Positions 9,214-18,341 of a DNA stretch of 64,000 nucleotides are shown one piece after another (position 1 is the stretch's first letter; each line of letters starts with the position of its first letter). The stretch is taken from positions 1,506-65,505 of IMG/VR virus record IMGVR_UViG_2756170264_000002. The stretch is one strand, 5' to 3'. The notes beneath the pieces are model-generated. The model was not told where the DNA came from. It saw nothing but the letters and a program-made list of their open reading frames with translations, and searched no databases. Origin of the DNA: a virus. A program made the translations under genes and the position numbers.

Positions 9214-10090
9214 AACAATCGAACAGCTAACTGTTCAGCTAGAAGAAAAAGAAAAGAAAGGCTTAAAATTTCCAACAAACTATAGTGTCCAGAACGCCAT
9301 GAATTCGGCTTACTTAATGCTTAAAGAAGCAGAGGACAAGAATCATAATCCTTTATTGGAAGTGTGTACACAGGAAAGTGTAATTCAATCACTTATGCAG
9401 ATGGCTACACAAGGTTTAAACCCAGTAAAAAAACAGTGCTATTTTGTGGCTTATGGAAAGAAATGTACCTTAGTTCCATCATATTTCGGAACATTGGCAA
9501 TGCTCAATCGTGTTAAGAGCCTAAAACGTCAACCAGTAGCAAATGTAGTAAGACAAGGTGATATATTTGAATATGGATATGACTTGGAAAATGACGGAGA
9601 AATGGTAATTTATAAGCATGAAACAAAGCTTGAGAATCTTAATAATCCAATAATTGCAGCATATGCAATAATTTCAACGGACAAAGAAAAAGTTGTTGAG
9701 ATTATGTCTAAAAATGAAATTGAAAGTGCTTGGGCGCAGGGGCAGTCATGGAAATCTGCTAAAAAGAACGGATATGAATCAGCAACTCATAAGAACTTTC
9801 CGGAAGAAATGGCAAAGAAAACAGTTCTTAATCGTGCTTCAAAACGTCTTATTAATGCCACCGATGATAGTTCAATTATGGGTGACGATTTCTTGCAATC
9901 ATTCAATGAAACTAGCGATAATGACAAATTAGATATTGTTGCTGAAAATGTTGCTGTTGAGATTGAGGAAAAAGCCAACGCCGAAGTATTTCAAGAAGCA
10001 GAAGCGGAAGAACCAGTGCAGGAGCAGGAAGTTGTTGAAACCGAAGTGATTCAGGAATCAGGAGATATCGAACCAGATTTCATGAAATAG
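9185..10090 (+). CDS. recT: RecT-family ssDNA-annealing recombinase
   Basis: SVIQSLMQMATQGLNPVKKQCYFVAYG, SYFG, FPEEMAKKTVLNRASK. Confidence 0.93.
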   Translation: MANQLTVTNKTIEQLTVQLEEKEKKGLKFPTNYSVQNAMNSAYLMLKEAEDKNHNPLLEVCTQESVIQSLMQMATQGLNPVKKQCYFVAYGKKCTLVPSYFGTLAMLNRVKSLKRQPVANVVRQGDIFEYGYDLENDGEMVIYKHETKLENLNNPIIAAYAIISTDKEKVVEIMSKNEIESAWAQGQSWKSAKKNGYESATHKNFPEEMAKKTVLNRASKRLINATDDSSIMGDDFLQSFNETSDNDKLDIVAENVAVEIEEKANAEVFQEAEAEEPVQEQEVVETEVIQESGDIEPDFMK

Positions 10091-10101
10091 GAGTTGTTTA
10101 A

Positions 10102-10371
10102 ATGAAAATTAATATATCAATGGAGTTGCCTATAAAGGCAATTCCTATAGATAAGCATTATGATTTAGAGTTAAAAGAATACGATGTTACAGATATTCGA
10201 ATGGGGCAATCACATACCAGTATTTTCCTTGATGGCCAAAGCAACATTTTTAATTCAGTGCATTTCAGATTTGAACTACACGGAAAACCAATTGATATTT
10301 ATAGCAGTGGTGCTTTTAATTCTTATCGAAGATTTTATTTGCCGTTTATATGTTATGGGGAAGAGAAATGA
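10102..10371 (+). CDS. Hypothetical protein
   Basis: AGGAG RBS. Confidence 0.6.
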   Translation: MKINISMELPIKAIPIDKHYDLELKEYDVTDIRMGQSHTSIFLDGQSNIFNSVHFRFELHGKPIDIYSSGAFNSYRRFYLPFICYGEEK

Positions 10372-10556
10372 AAAAAGGTGGACTACTAGAACGTTTCACA
10401 AAGAAACAAGACGGTGTATGTGCCACATGTGCAAATTTAATTGATATTGATTCAGAGCTTGCCTATGGCTGTGAAGCACACGACAAATTTATATTAAAGG
10501 CATTTCCACCGTACCACACGGAGCGTATTAAGTGCAAGGATTGGAAAGAGAGGTAA
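10368..10556 (+). CDS. Small Cys-rich hypothetical protein
   Basis: CATC..CEAH..CKDW; ATGA overlap. Confidence 0.6.
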   Translation: MKKGGLLERFTKKQDGVCATCANLIDIDSELAYGCEAHDKFILKAFPPYHTERIKCKDWKER

Positions 10557-10558
10557 AT

Positions 10559-10882
10559 ATGGAAGAGATTAAAGCATATAAACCTAAGTGTTGCAGTAAA
10601 GCATATATGACTAAAAGTGGTGCAAGGAAACATAAAAAGAAGTGTTTTAAAAATCCAGACAATAAAGCCTGCCTTACATGCAAATATTTTATAAAAGATT
10701 ATAATACTGTCTATGTTCCACCGAGAGGAGATAGTAATTACGGTGATGATGATTACGAAGAACCTTATTATTTCTGCGATTTTGACGGTAAAACACTTAT
10801 GTCTGTCCATATTAAACCAATGAAACTGGAAAAACATTATCAATCAGAATGCGAACATTGGGAATTGAAAGAGGGTGATTAA
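10559..10882 (+). CDS. Cys-rich hypothetical protein
   Basis: GAGGT RBS; several Cys/His pairs. Confidence 0.6.
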   Translation: MEEIKAYKPKCCSKAYMTKSGARKHKKKCFKNPDNKACLTCKYFIKDYNTVYVPPRGDSNYGDDDYEEPYYFCDFDGKTLMSVHIKPMKLEKHYQSECEHWELKEGD

Positions 10883-11614
10883 ATGTTTTTGAGGGTAATA
10901 AATAGCGGTAGTAGTGGCAATGGCTATATTCTGCAAGATGATAAAGAAGCCTTGATAATTGAAGCAGGTTGTAAGTTATTAGATATTAAAAAAGCCTTGG
11001 ATTTCAACATATCAAAAGTTGTTGGCTGTCTAGTTTCTCACGAACATGGTTAAGGTGACCATGCCAAGTACATAACAGATTATATGAAAGTTGGTATCGA
11101 AGTTTACACAAGTGATGAAACACAAGAGCATCTTGAAATTACAACTGGTGAATATGCAAGGTCTATGATGCCTAATAAGGCTTATAAGATTGGAAATTTC
11201 ATTATTCAGCCTTTTGAATTAATACATGATGTTCCTTGCCTTGGCTTCTATATTAGACATTATGAAATAGGCAAATTGTTATTCATAACTGATACGGAGT
11301 ATGTGCCACAAAATTTTAGTAGCCTTAAATCGAACCATATTCTAGTTGAAGTTAACTATGATAAAGATTTGATGTGTAATGAGGATTTTAAAAGAAATCA
11401 TGTTCTGACAGGTCATATGTGCATTGATACCACTTGTGAGTTCCTTATGAAGAATGATAATCCAAACTTGATGAATGTTGTGTTATTACATTTATCAGAT
11501 TCAAATTCCGATTCGGAGAAATTTCTTCAAAAGACAAAAGAGATAGTTCGCTGTGATTGCTATATTGCAGATAAGGGACTGGAAGTAAATTTAAACTTAA
11601 TACCGTTTATGTGA
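10883..11614 (+). CDS. MBL-fold metallo-hydrolase (RecT-associated nuclease) with in-frame TAA at 11051-11053
   Basis: MFLRVINSGSSGNGY...VSHEHG*GDHAKY...HDVPCLGF...FITDT...LLHLS; both halves in one frame; recoded or pseudogene. Confidence 0.88.
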
Positions 11615-11816
11615 AAGGTGATGAGAATATATAACATTGAAAGAAAAAATTGCAGAGGAATACACTGAAAGTGTTTCAGAAGAGTTTGAAGGTGGAGTTG
11701 ATATGTGCCCAGGTTGTTATTTTGAATTAGATGGACATTATGAGAAAGACGAATGCGATACTGGAAGTGAAGATTGCACTAAATGTTGGAATCAAGAATA
11801 TAAGGAGTGATGATTT

Positions 11817-11951
11817 ATGGAATGTTGTGGAAATTGTTTTTATCATACCATAGTTGATGGCGAATGGACTTGTGATAATGATGAAGCAGAGGATTTTGGA
11901 TTAGAAACAGATTACAACCATACATGTTGTGATTTTGAAGAGAGAAAGTAG
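11817..11951 (+). CDS. Small Cys-rich protein (44 aa)
   Basis: AAGGAG RBS; MECCGNCFYH...CDN...CCDF. Confidence 0.6.
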   Translation: MECCGNCFYHTIVDGEWTCDNDEAEDFGLETDYNHTCCDFEERK

Positions 11952-12052
11952 CACTTGTCCGCAATGACGCTAAACTACGAATTAGTTTTTAACGGCCGTT
12001 GAAATATATGTAACTAGAAAACCAGTATTTTTATAGAGAGGAATACGATCAT

Positions 12053-12475
12053 ATGATGCAAGTTAAATTAGAAGAGTTAGTTGATGGAGCATTACAGGAA
12101 AATGCAAGTAAGGCAATTGAGGAAGTGGTTAAGAACATGCAGGATCCGAACACTCCATGGAAGAACAAAAGAGAGGTTACAATCAAGCTGAAATTTACCC
12201 AAAATGAAGAAAGAAACGATTCAAACTGCGAGATTTCAGTTGATAAAAAACTTGCACCTGTTAAGCCAATTGAAACACGTTTTGCTATTGGAAAAGACCT
12301 TAAAACAGGTCAAGTTTATGCAGAAGAGTATGGCAGACAAATAAGAGGTCAAATGTCCATAGAAGATGTTCAGGCAGCAGCCAAAGAGGTTGTCATTGAT
12401 GGCAAAGAAGTAGATACCGAAACAGGTGAGATTAAAAATGAAACTGTAGTTGATTTTAAGGCAAAACAAGCCTAA
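12053..12475 (+). CDS. Conserved Firmicute phage protein (so-called replication terminator protein family)
   Basis: GALQE...VVKNMQDPNTPWKNKREVTIKLKF pattern. Confidence 0.7.
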   Translation: MMQVKLEELVDGALQENASKAIEEVVKNMQDPNTPWKNKREVTIKLKFTQNEERNDSNCEISVDKKLAPVKPIETRFAIGKDLKTGQVYAEEYGRQIRGQMSIEDVQAAAKEVVIDGKEVDTETGEIKNETVVDFKAKQA

Positions 12476-12494
12476 GAAAATGGAGGAAAAGAAG

Positions 12495-13205
12495 ATGATT
12501 AAAGAAGCACTAAAATATGTAGTTGGATTAAGTGTGCCGGTTGTACAAGAAATTAAAGGACAGCAGTATTCTGATAAGCAACTTCACAGAATCAATCACA
12601 ACCCACAGGCATCCTCTATACAGATGGGAACATTAACAAGTTTTGTTGACTATATTAGAGCCAACATTGACAGCATGAGCGATAAAATGATTGTTCATGT
12701 AGAAAGTCCAACTAAAGTGTCTTTGTATTCCCAATTGGACGCTGAACGTGAAAGAGAATACCTTGTAAACGTAGTTGCAAGAGTGCCAGAGTTTCGTTTT
12801 AACCAGTTCATTGACCATGAAGAATTTTTGATTAATCTTCAATCTAAATTCATTGATTCAGGTGATAGAGGATTGGTTCTTAAATTCGCTGGAACTGTTG
12901 AAGATAAAAGCGTGGCAGAGTATGGGGACGATGGAGTTACGCAAAAAGCTACAGTTAAAAATGGAATTGCAAGTAAAACAGAAGCTATTATTCCTAACCC
13001 AGTTAATCTTGCTCCATACAGAACTTTCTTAGAAGTAGCACAACCTCTTTCGGATTTCGTATTCAGAATGAAATCAGAGCGCGGAATCCAATGTGCAATT
13101 TTTGAAGCTGATGGCGGTGCATGGAAGAATGAAGCAATGCAGAATATCAAAAATTATTTGAGAGACGAGTTAGAGGATTTGGATCAGTTCACAGTAATAT
13201 CCTAG
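12495..13205 (+). CDS. Conserved phage protein, partner of preceding gene
   Basis: PNPVNLAPYRTFLEVAQP, FEADGGAWKNEA motifs; GGAGG RBS. Confidence 0.75.
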   Translation: MIKEALKYVVGLSVPVVQEIKGQQYSDKQLHRINHNPQASSIQMGTLTSFVDYIRANIDSMSDKMIVHVESPTKVSLYSQLDAEREREYLVNVVARVPEFRFNQFIDHEEFLINLQSKFIDSGDRGLVLKFAGTVEDKSVAEYGDDGVTQKATVKNGIASKTEAIIPNPVNLAPYRTFLEVAQPLSDFVFRMKSERGIQCAIFEADGGAWKNEAMQNIKNYLRDELEDLDQFTVIS

Positions 13206-13377
13206 TTGTTTAGGCATGAGCCTATACATAACAAAATAACCGTCTTGTAGTTGGCAGTATCAGACCGGTTGTTCATGTTTGGATAATATATCACGAAATA
13301 TTTAAGCCATAATGAAACTAAATGTGGGGAGTTGGTCGCTCCCCGGTAAAAAATATATTTTGTAAGGGAGAATAACA

Positions 13378-13554
13378 ATGGCAACAAGACAGGAATTGCA
13401 TGAAGAGTATAAAATCGTCAGACTTATGAATCCAAAAACAGCTAATGAGCAGTTGACAGAAGCGCAAGAAATAGTATATAGAGGATTTTTAGAAGCAACA
13501 CAATCTATGTCTAAAAATTTTGACAAATTAAATGATGATAGTGCGGATTTGTAA
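13378..13554 (+). CDS. Hypothetical protein (58 aa)
   Basis: AAGGGAG RBS, read manually. Confidence 0.55.
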   Translation: MATRQELHEEYKIVRLMNPKTANEQLTEAQEIVYRGFLEATQSMSKNFDKLNDDSADL

Positions 13555-13569
13555 AAAGGGGGAATAACA

Positions 13570-14169
13570 GTGACATTACTTGAAGATATAGGAAACAAAG
13601 AAAATCAGCACAGAACTAAAAACCGATACTGGCAGAGTCAAGGAATTGAAGTTATTCGAGCTCCTTTACCAGTTGGTGATTATATACTTGCAAATGAGAA
13701 AGTAAATGATGTTATGAATCGTAAAGCAGGCAGGGGAATAGACATCAAAAAGATGGATTTTGTTGGTACATATTCCATAGCTGTGGATACAAAAAAAGAT
13801 ATCGAGGAAGTGGTTGGCAATATTTGTGGTAAGGCACACGCAAGGTTCCGTGATGAATGTATTCTTGCACAAAATAATGGAATTAAACTTTATGTGTTAG
13901 TAGAAAATTTAGACGGCGTGACTTGCATCAATAATTTGTATGAATGGAATAATCCACGCTTACATAATTACAACAAGATTGCTTACATGCATAGCATTGG
14001 GAAGTGGTTAAGTAGAAAACTTCCAAAGGCAAAGCCAACAAGTGGCATTACACTGGCAAAATCAATGGGGACTATGCAGCATAAGTATGGCGTAGAATTT
14101 ATATTTTGTAAGCCGCATGAAGCAGGAAAAAAAGTACTTGATCTGTTAGGTGGTGAAATAAATGAGTAG
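13570..14169 (+). CDS. ERCC4-like nuclease (putative junction resolvase)
   Basis: APLPVGDY, AVDTKKDIEE, ARFRDEC...LYVLVE. Confidence 0.75.
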   Translation: MTLLEDIGNKENQHRTKNRYWQSQGIEVIRAPLPVGDYILANEKVNDVMNRKAGRGIDIKKMDFVGTYSIAVDTKKDIEEVVGNICGKAHARFRDECILAQNNGIKLYVLVENLDGVTCINNLYEWNNPRLHNYNKIAYMHSIGKWLSRKLPKAKPTSGITLAKSMGTMQHKYGVEFIFCKPHEAGKKVLDLLGGEINE

Positions 14170-14515
14170 AAATTTTGATGTGATTGCAGTTGATTTTGAC
14201 GGAACGCTATGCGTAAGTGAATGGCCCGAGATTGGAGAACCGAACAAAGACCTTATCAGGCATTTAAAATTTAGAAAATTACAAGGTGACAAATTAATCC
14301 TCTGGACTTGCAGATGCGAGGAAAGGCTCACAGAAGCGGTTGAATGGTGCAAAGAACAAGGTCTTGAATTTGATGCAGTTAATGAGAATTTACCGGAACT
14401 AATTGCTTTATTTGGTGGTAATCCTCGTAAGATATGTGCTGATATTTACATAGATGATAAAAATTCGAAGGTACAACATTTATACAAGGTTCCGTTCCTA
14501 GGTAATGAGGAATGA
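14162..14515 (+). CDS. HAD-superfamily hydrolase
   Basis: IAVDFDGT motif I; LWTCR; KICADIYIDD. Confidence 0.85.
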   Translation: MSRNFDVIAVDFDGTLCVSEWPEIGEPNKDLIRHLKFRKLQGDKLILWTCRCEERLTEAVEWCKEQGLEFDAVNENLPELIALFGGNPRKICADIYIDDKNSKVQHLYKVPFLGNEE

Positions 14516-14736
14516 TAAGGGTTGAATGGTTTGTTATGTTCATATTAGTTGTAGCTAGCAGAGAGATATATGGAATCTATTCAAGGAAACCTAGTAATTA
14601 CGAATCTGGATATAGTGATGCAGTTAGCGATTTTATAGCAACATGGAACAAATCTATTGATTTACACAAAAATGATGATTCAAAACGGTTGGTGATGATT
14701 CGTAGATTTTTACAAGAAAAAAAAGATGAAAGGTAA
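14512..14736 (+). CDS. Hypothetical protein with N-terminal hydrophobic segment
   Basis: ATGA overlap; operon position. Confidence 0.55.
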   Translation: MIRVEWFVMFILVVASREIYGIYSRKPSNYESGYSDAVSDFIATWNKSIDLHKNDDSKRLVMIRRFLQEKKDER

Positions 14737-15145
14737 GGTGCAAATGGATATAAAGAATTTTGCAAAGATGATTGACGGTAAAGAATATGGTTATCCAATG
14801 TTTAGCAAAAAAGAATTACAAATTGCAAAAGATAATGGTTTTGTAATTGTGAGTGGTGCGTCTGATGACTTGATGGAGTTTGAGGGTACAATTCAAGATG
14901 AACAAGGTTGCTACGATGGGGGAATGATATATTTCGACCGTCAGGGCGCGTTTGGTAGTGATGGTTATGCCACAAACAGAATTGAAGCTTTATGGTGTGA
15001 TGATAAGGAATCTAAAGATGATTCAGGAAACATCATTACTTGGACTTACAAAACTGACATTCCGCATGAAACATTTATGGTTTATGAAGATGGAGAACCT
15101 TATTGCAGGGGTATTGTATTTAGTATTGCTGATTTGAAAGAGTAA
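14726..15145 (+). CDS. Conserved phage hypothetical protein
   Basis: GFVIVSGASDDLMEFEG, TDIPHETF...YCRGIVF. Confidence 0.75.
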   Translation: MKGKVQMDIKNFAKMIDGKEYGYPMFSKKELQIAKDNGFVIVSGASDDLMEFEGTIQDEQGCYDGGMIYFDRQGAFGSDGYATNRIEALWCDDKESKDDSGNIITWTYKTDIPHETFMVYEDGEPYCRGIVFSIADLKE

Positions 15146-15210
15146 TTAATTTTAGAAAGGAAAAGCATAATCCTAGGTAAAAGAGTGCGCACTCGTGTAG
15201 ACGTACACGA

Positions 15211-17715
15211 ATGAATTATAAAGAGTTTTTGTACAGCAAGGTAGAACTTGTTTTCGATAGCGGATTTGACATTGATGTGTCGAAGATTAATAAAGCCTTA
15301 AAGCCACATCAAAAAGATGCAGTTGCGTGGGCAATTAAAGGCGGCAAGCGAGCCTTATTTGAATCATTTGGACTTGGAAAAACTATACAAGAAATAGAAT
15401 TTTGCTATCAGGTCATTAAACACGAGGGTGGAAATGCACTAATCGTTTTACCACTTGGAGTTAAGCAAGAATTTACAAGAGATGCAGTTGGGGTACTTGG
15501 GTACGATATGCCTTTATATGTGAGAAACATGCAAGAGGTAGAATCTGCAAATACAGATATCATGATTACGAATTATGAAAGAGTACGTGATGGAGATATC
15601 CGGCCAGAATATTTCACAGCAACTTCTTTGGATGAAGCCAGTGTTTTAAGGAGTTTCGGAAGTAAGACTTATCAAACTTTCTTGGATAAATTTAAAGGTG
15701 TTAAATATAAATTAGTTGCTACGGCCACACCGTCACCGAACCGATACAAGGAGCTAATCCACTATGCCGGATATTTAGAGGTTATGGACACCGGACAGGC
15801 ATTAACAAGATTTTTTCAAAGAGATTCTACAAAAGCAAATAATTTAACTTTATATCCAAATCAGGAAGATGAATTTTGGTTATGGGTAAGTAGTTGGGCG
15901 TTATTTGTAACGAAACCTTCAGACTTGAATCAGAAGTATTCAGATGCAGGTTATGATTTACCACCATTACAGGTTAATTGGCATGAGATACCAGTTGAGT
16001 ACGGCAACTCAACAGATAAGTATGGACAAGTTCAGTTGTTTCAAGAAGCAGCAGCAGGATTAAAAGATGCAGCAGCAGTTAAGAGGGAAAGTATTGATAT
16101 TAGAATTGCTAAATTGAAAGAAATTGTTGAGCAAAGCAATGGAGATAGTTTTATTCTTTGGCATGACCTCGAAGCGGAACGTCTGGCCATAAAGAAAGCC
16201 ATTCCAGAAACCGTTGATATATTCGGCTCACAGGATTATGAAATCAGGGAAAAAAGAGTTATTGATTTTTCAGAGGGAAGAACTAGACTGTTTGCAACTA
16301 AGAAAGAATTATCAGGATCCGGATGCAATTTTCAAAAACATTGCCACAGAGCAATATTCGTTGGTATTGATTACGAATTTAATGATTTTATTCAGGCAAT
16401 ACATAGGATTTACCGATTCTTGCAAACTGAAAAAGTAATCATAGATATTATCTATATGGAGAATGAAGAGAATATAAAAAATGTTTTGCTAGAAAAATGG
16501 AAAAATCATAACCACATGGTGCAAAAGATGATAGAAATTGTAAAGCAATATGGTCTAAATTCTCCAAATAAAGTAGAAAGATTAAAGAGAAAGATGGGTG
16601 TAGAAACAGTGAAAGTACAAGGACAATATTACACGGCCGTACTGGATGATTGTGTGGAGGAAACTAAAAGAATGCAAGAAAACAGTATTGACCTTATTCA
16701 TACATCAATTCCATTCGGAAATCATTATGAATATTCCGCAAATTATAATGACTTTGGCCATAATCAAAATACGGAGAAATTCTTTGAACAAATGAATTTT
16801 CTTACACCGCAACTTCTTAGAATTTTAAGGCCGGGAAGAGTTGCAGCTATTCATGTTAAGGACCGTGTATTATTTGGAAATGCTACCGGTACCGGAATGC
16901 CAACAATTGAACCTTTTCATTCCGATTGTATCAGGCATTATATGAAACATGGATTTATGTACTTTGGAATGATTACGATTCTTACTGATGTTGTAAGAGA
17001 AAATAATCAAACGTACCGCCTTGGATGGTCTGAACAGTGCAAAGATGGTTCCAAAATGGGGGTTGGTTGCCCTGAATATATATTACTTTTCAGAAAGCTT
17101 CCTACGGACCGTTCAAATGCATATGCGGATGAACCGGTATCAAAAACCAAGGAAGATTACACAAGGGCACAATGGCAGATAGATGCTCATGGATACTGGA
17201 GAAGCAGTGGTGATAGGTTGATAAGTAAAGAAGAAATTGAAAATATTCCTGTAGACAAATTACAGAGTGTTTACAGAATCTATTCAAGGGAAAGTATTTA
17301 CAACTATCAGGAGCATGTTGAACTTGCTAAAAAGCTAGATAAAAATGGGAAATTACCAGCAACGTTCATGGTTGTTGCTCCTGGTTCATGGAATACATTA
17401 GAGGTTTGGGACGATATTAACCGAATGAAAACCTTGAATACACAGCAGAGCCGCAGACGACAACAAATGCATGTATGCCCTTTGCAGATTGATATAGTTG
17501 AGAGAATTATTAACAGATATTCCAATGAGGGCGATTTGGTATTAGACCCTTTTGGTGGACTTATGACGGTACCTATGACAGCAGTTAAAATGAAGCGTAG
17601 AGGGTATGGGATTGAGTTAAACGAGGATTATTTCAGAGATGGTGTTGGGTACCTGCAGTCTGCGGAAAATGAAATAAGCGTACCTACATTATTTGATTTT
17701 ATGGGAGGTGCTTAA
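15211..17715 (+). CDS. SNF2-like helicase / amino-methyltransferase (N6_N4_Mtase) fusion
   Basis: FGLGKT, LDEAS, SGCNFQ in N-half; TSIPF and VLDPFGG in C-half. Confidence 0.88.
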   Translation: MNYKEFLYSKVELVFDSGFDIDVSKINKALKPHQKDAVAWAIKGGKRALFESFGLGKTIQEIEFCYQVIKHEGGNALIVLPLGVKQEFTRDAVGVLGYDMPLYVRNMQEVESANTDIMITNYERVRDGDIRPEYFTATSLDEASVLRSFGSKTYQTFLDKFKGVKYKLVATATPSPNRYKELIHYAGYLEVMDTGQALTRFFQRDSTKANNLTLYPNQEDEFWLWVSSWALFVTKPSDLNQKYSDAGYDLPPLQVNWHEIPVEYGNSTDKYGQVQLFQEAAAGLKDAAAVKRESIDIRIAKLKEIVEQSNGDSFILWHDLEAERLAIKKAIPETVDIFGSQDYEIREKRVIDFSEGRTRLFATKKELSGSGCNFQKHCHRAIFVGIDYEFNDFIQAIHRIYRFLQTEKVIIDIIYMENEENIKNVLLEKWKNHNHMVQKMIEIVKQYGLNSPNKVERLKRKMGVETVKVQGQYYTAVLDDCVEETKRMQENSIDLIHTSIPFGNHYEYSANYNDFGHNQNTEKFFEQMNFLTPQLLRILRPGRVAAIHVKDRVLFGNATGTGMPTIEPFHSDCIRHYMKHGFMYFGMITILTDVVRENNQTYRLGWSEQCKDGSKMGVGCPEYILLFRKLPTDRSNAYADEPVSKTKEDYTRAQWQIDAHGYWRSSGDRLISKEEIENIPVDKLQSVYRIYSRESIYNYQEHVELAKKLDKNGKLPATFMVVAPGSWNTLEVWDDINRMKTLNTQQSRRRQQMHVCPLQIDIVERIINRYSNEGDLVLDPFGGLMTVPMTAVKMKRRGYGIELNEDYFRDGVGYLQSAENEISVPTLFDFMGGA

Positions 17716-17717
17716 GC

Positions 17718-18323
17718 ATGAAACCAATTTTATTCAATACAGAAATGGTAAAAGCAATTCTGGAAGATAGAAAGACAGTTACAAGAAGAGTTGTAAAACC
17801 GCAACCAAGCACTAAACATCAATATCCACTAGGGTTTGTAACTGATTCAACGGACAATAAAAATATCGGAAATTTTGGTTGGGGTTTAGATGAATATGGC
17901 GGAGTTATAAGCTATGCAAAACCACCATGTCATACAGGAGATATTCTTTATGTAAGAGAAACGTGGCAATGCTTAAATCCTTACAGTGACAAAGAATATG
18001 TTTATAAGGCAAGTTGTGATTCGGATTATGCAAGTGACATTGGCAAATGGCTTCCAAGTATTCATATGCCAGCAGAAGCGGCAAGAATCTTTTTGAAAGT
18101 AACAAATGCTAGAGTTGAACGGTTGCAGGATATGAAAAATGAAGACTGCTTGAAAGAGGGAATTAATTCTTGCGTTTGTATGAACCTAAACCATGCACTA
18201 ACTAAATTCAAATTATTATGGGATTCCACAATCAAAAAAGAGCAGGCAGAACAATATTCTTGGATGGCTAATCCTTGGGTTTGGGTTATAGAATTTGAAA
18301 GAGTTGAAAAGCAAAATATATAA
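17718..18323 (+). CDS. Conserved phage protein (ASCH/PUA-like)
   Basis: MKPILFNTEMVKAILEDRKTVTRR, GDILYVRETW, WLPSIHMP, NPWVWVIEF. Confidence 0.75.
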   Translation: MKPILFNTEMVKAILEDRKTVTRRVVKPQPSTKHQYPLGFVTDSTDNKNIGNFGWGLDEYGGVISYAKPPCHTGDILYVRETWQCLNPYSDKEYVYKASCDSDYASDIGKWLPSIHMPAEAARIFLKVTNARVERLQDMKNEDCLKEGINSCVCMNLNHALTKFKLLWDSTIKKEQAEQYSWMANPWVWVIEFERVEKQNI

Positions 18324-18341
18324 GCAAGTAGGTGAATCAAA

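Noticed and set aside
11051-11056. Stop-codon reassignment or intron explaining the MBL stop
   Set aside because: TAA terminates many other genes here; a 6-nt insert is too short for group I/II introns; readthrough would break HxHxDH spacing
11620-11810. Cys-containing ORF after the MBL gene
   Set aside because: Only ATA/TTG starts with uncertain RBS spacing; cannot fix coordinates
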